Assembly: GCA_963823445.1 (NCBI GenBank) | Contig: CAWGLT010000023.1 | Coordinates: 151,018 to 215,017, forward strand | Length of the DNA: 64,000 bases | Reading direction: 5' to 3' | Origin: an uncultured Acidobacteriota bacterium | GTDB lineage: Bacteria > Acidobacteriota > Thermoanaerobaculia > Thermoanaerobaculales > Sulfomarinibacteraceae | Shown: positions 61,759-64,000 of the stretch, one piece after another | Layout: every line of letters begins with the position of its first letter | Numbering within the stretch: the first letter of the stretch is position 1 | Translations under genes and position numbers: made by a program | Notes under the pieces: model-generated | Database searches by the model: none | The model's input: the letters and a program-made list of their open reading frames with translations, nothing else | Told to the model about the DNA's origin: nothing

Positions 61759-62274
61759 TCAGTCGTCGATGGTGACCTTGATCATCTTTACGGGGGTCTT
61801 GGGCCGATCGTTGGGGCCGGTCGGGGTGGTCTCGATGGCGCTGACCACATCCATCCCCTCGGTGATGCGGGCAAAGACCGGGTGCTTGGATGGGCCGGGG
61901 CTGAACCAGTCGAGATAGGGGTTGTGGACGGTGTTGATGAAGAACTGCGAACCGCCGCTGTTGGGGCGTCCCGTGTTGGCCATGGAGAGCGTGCCGGGTT
62001 TGTTGGAGAAACGGGCGTTGTCGGGGTGCTCGTCGGTGATGGTGCCGTGCGGCGGGCCGCCGGTGCCGGCGCGGCCGTCGTTCGGGTCCTTGCTGTACGG
62101 GCAGCCGAACTGGACCATGAAGTTCGGGATGACGCGGTGGAAGTGGAGGCCGTCGTAGAAACCGCTCTTGGCGAGGTCGATGAAATTGCCGGCGGTGATG
62201 GGCATGGTGTCTGAGAAGAGCTCGGCCTTGAAGGTGCCGAGGGAGGTCTCGAAAGTGGCGATCGGGTTGGGCAT
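61759..62274 (-). CDS. ppiB: cyclophilin-type peptidyl-prolyl cis-trans isomerase
   Basis: [13 protein letters not shown] and SMAN...NSGGSQFFI motifs. Confidence 0.9.
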   Translation of the reverse strand: MPNPIATFETSLGTFKAELFSDTMPITAGNFIDLAKSGFYDGLHFHRVIPNFMVQFGCPYSKDPNDGRAGTGGPPHGTITDEHPDNARFSNKPGTLSMANTGRPNSGGSQFFINTVHNPYLDWFSPGPSKHPVFARITEGMDVVSAIETTPTGPNDRPKTPVKMIKVTIDD

Positions 62275-62360
62275 GGAAATCTCCTTGGTTGGTCTGGCGG
62301 TTCACCTTATCACGGTCGCGGTCTCGATCGTTTGAGCTCATACGCGGTACACTTCCGGCG

Positions 62361-63239
62361 ATGAAACACAGGTGGATCGTACTGTCGTGGATCGCTCTCA
62401 TCATCCTCGCCTCGATCGCGTGTGCAGCCGAGGAGAATGGTGGGAAGTCCTTTCTTTGGCGGGTGAGCTCCGGCGATCGAACGGTCGCGCTCTTGGGATC
62501 GATTCACTTCATGAAGACCGACGCCTATCCGCTGAGCCCGGCCGTCGAAGCCGCCTTCGAGGACGCCGGGGTCGTCGTCTTCGAGACCGACATCGACCAG
62601 ATGGGGAAGGCCGCAGTTTCCATGCTCGCGGCGGGCACGCTCGACGGCGATCTGACCCTGAAAGACGTGGTTTCAGACGAGGTCTTCCAGGGGGTTTCCC
62701 GGCGTCTGGATGATCTCGGAATGGGGATCGGGGCATTCAAGAAGATGAAGCCTTGGATGGCGGCCATGGGCCTGACGTCGTATGAACTCATGCGCGCCGG
62801 TTACCTCGGATCCGAGGGCATCGACGCTTATTTCAGCTCGCGCGCGACCGCCGATGGCAAACCGCAGCGGGGACTGGAGTCCATCGAGTTCCAGATTTCG
62901 CTCTTCGCCGACATGACAGCAGAAGAGAGCGCCGAGTTTCTTCAATACACCTTGACCGATCTCGACACGATGATCCCTCTCGTCGATGAGATCGTGGTCG
63001 CCTGGAAGCGCGGCGATGCGGCGCGGATCGAGGACCTCCTGGTCGAAGGGTTTTCGGATCACGAGGCGCTCTTCGATCGGCTGGTGACCCGGCGCAACCT
63101 GCAATGGCTGCCCCAGATCGAGGAGTTGCTGCAAGGTGATGTCGACGCCATGGTCGTGGTCGGCTCGCTTCACCTCGTGGGCGGGCAGGGCCTCATCGAG
63201 CTGTTGAGGGCGAAGGGTTACGCGGTGGAGCAGCTGTAA
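62361..63239 (+). CDS. TraB/GumN family protein
   Basis: Starts at MKHRW (ATG 62361) with a signal peptide. FLWRV ... LLGSIHF motif. Confidence 0.75.
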   Translation: MKHRWIVLSWIALIILASIACAAEENGGKSFLWRVSSGDRTVALLGSIHFMKTDAYPLSPAVEAAFEDAGVVVFETDIDQMGKAAVSMLAAGTLDGDLTLKDVVSDEVFQGVSRRLDDLGMGIGAFKKMKPWMAAMGLTSYELMRAGYLGSEGIDAYFSSRATADGKPQRGLESIEFQISLFADMTAEESAEFLQYTLTDLDTMIPLVDEIVVAWKRGDAARIEDLLVEGFSDHEALFDRLVTRRNLQWLPQIEELLQGDVDAMVVVGSLHLVGGQGLIELLRAKGYAVEQL

Positions 63240-63243
63240 AGCG

Positions 63244-63294
63244 GGAGGAGTGAGGAGTGAGGGTTCAGGTCAGTCAGTTTCCTCAGTCCTCACC
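63244..63294. repeat. heptad-periodic imperfect hairpin (TGAGGAG)n / (GTCCTCA)
   Basis: GGAGGAGTGAGGAGTGAGGG-17nt-CCTCAGTCCTCACC, between convergent genes. Confidence 0.7.
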
Positions 63295-63317
63295 ATTTCG
63301 CCCCCTGCCGACGCGGC

Positions 63318-64000
63318 TCACTCGGCCAGCCGCAGTTTGGCGCTCGAAGCCGCCTCGTTCACCGCTCGATCATAGGCCTCGCCGGAGACCCGCTCCTTGA
63401 GCCGATCCGAGACCGGCAGGACCATGGCGTAGCCCATCCAACGCAACGGTTCGCCGGTCGCCTCGATCACCACGCCGCCATCGGCGACGATCCGGCTCGC
63501 TTCGGCGAGCGGCACCTTCCGGAAGAGCTCCTCGAGCGCGCGCATCCAGGCTTCGTGCTCGGGTTTGACAAAGGCGACGAGTCGCCGGCTCTGGGAGGCG
63601 ACGTGGTAGTTGGACGGGACATACCCGATGCCGTCGAGCTCGAGGACCTCCGCCACCATGACCAGCCAACCGAAGACCTCCTTGAGCATGCCGAGGCCGG
63701 GGTGGTTCTGGCCCGGGAGCGGTCGTCGATACGGACCGAATTCCGCCTGCGGATTCTGCAGCAACAACCACTCGATGGTGAGGAGCTCGCATTGGGGGAC
63801 CAACCGTGAATCGCGGTTGACCCGCAATTCCATCAGGAGCTCTTCGCGGTCGGGTCCGTCGAAGATCCGAACCGTCTGGCCGACCGGGTGGGACAGATCG
63901 ACTTCGACCGTGGGGTTTTCGAATCCGCGCACCCTGAGTTGGTCGAGAATTCCGAAACGCTCGAGGAGGAGCTCGACGCCGTGACGCGAGAAATACGAGA
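63318..64000 (-). CDS. hypothetical protein, 5' end outside the window
   Basis: The reading frame stays open from 63932 to the window edge (..SYFSRHGVELLLERFGILDQLRVRGFENP..), so the GTG at 63932 is probably internal. I did not recognise the family. Confidence 0.5.
   Translation of the reverse strand, partial: SYFSRHGVELLLERFGILDQLRVRGFENPTVEVDLSHPVGQTVRIFDGPDREELLMELRVNRDSRLVPQCELLTIEWLLLQNPQAEFGPYRRPLPGQNHPGLGMLKEVFGWLVMVAEVLELDGIGYVPSNYHVASQSRRLVAFVKPEHEAWMRALEELFRKVPLAEASRIVADGGVVIEATGEPLRWMGYAMVLPVSDRLKERVSGEAYDRAVNEAASSAKLRLAE

Overview
This is a 64-kb high-GC (roughly two-thirds G+C by eye) bacterial chromosomal segment, gene-dense on both strands. I call 57 protein-coding genes; one runs off the right edge and one looks frameshifted. 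Nearly all have ordinary housekeeping, metabolic or signalling functions: ilvE, gdh, msrB, nifS-nifU, ggt, a btuF/D/C-like ABC importer, acyl-CoA dehydrogenase, uppS, pssA, hemH, an ECF sigma/NrsF pair, mutY, queD-like, a large radical-SAM protein, meaB, fmt, rsmB, an ABC-F ATPase, kynA, GAF-HD-GYP, REC-PAS-GGDEF-EAL, RNase H, cyclophilin and a lysyl-endopeptidase-like protease. I saw no rRNA, tRNA, CRISPR array, transposase, integrase or phage genes. There is one cobalamin riboswitch (about 22250-22405) and one RES/Xre toxin-antitoxin pair (58529-59451). The unusual part is the intergenic space. Five very long spacers (11513-12236, 13386-13952, 19392-19867, 26485-27113, 39798-41170) and several shorter ones hold a mosaic of at least six families of structured repeats: (1) a REPIN-like triple-hairpin element, 4 copies, with compensatory stem changes; (2) a two-helix CATTGTNCGG hairpin element, 5 copies, also with compensatory changes; (3) a 16-bp-stem hairpin, 3 copies, with covariation; (4) a head-to-tail array of four ~206-bp units just upstream of the radical-SAM/PTPS-like operon; (5) a GTGCCTGGC-flanked hairpin, 3 copies; (6) hairpins with 7-nt or 9-nt periodic arms, some strikingly AT-rich, one subtype carrying an outward sigma70-like promoter. 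All functional calls come from reading motifs by eye. No database search, folding or alignment program was available, so repeat identities and structures are hand-derived and need computational confirmation.
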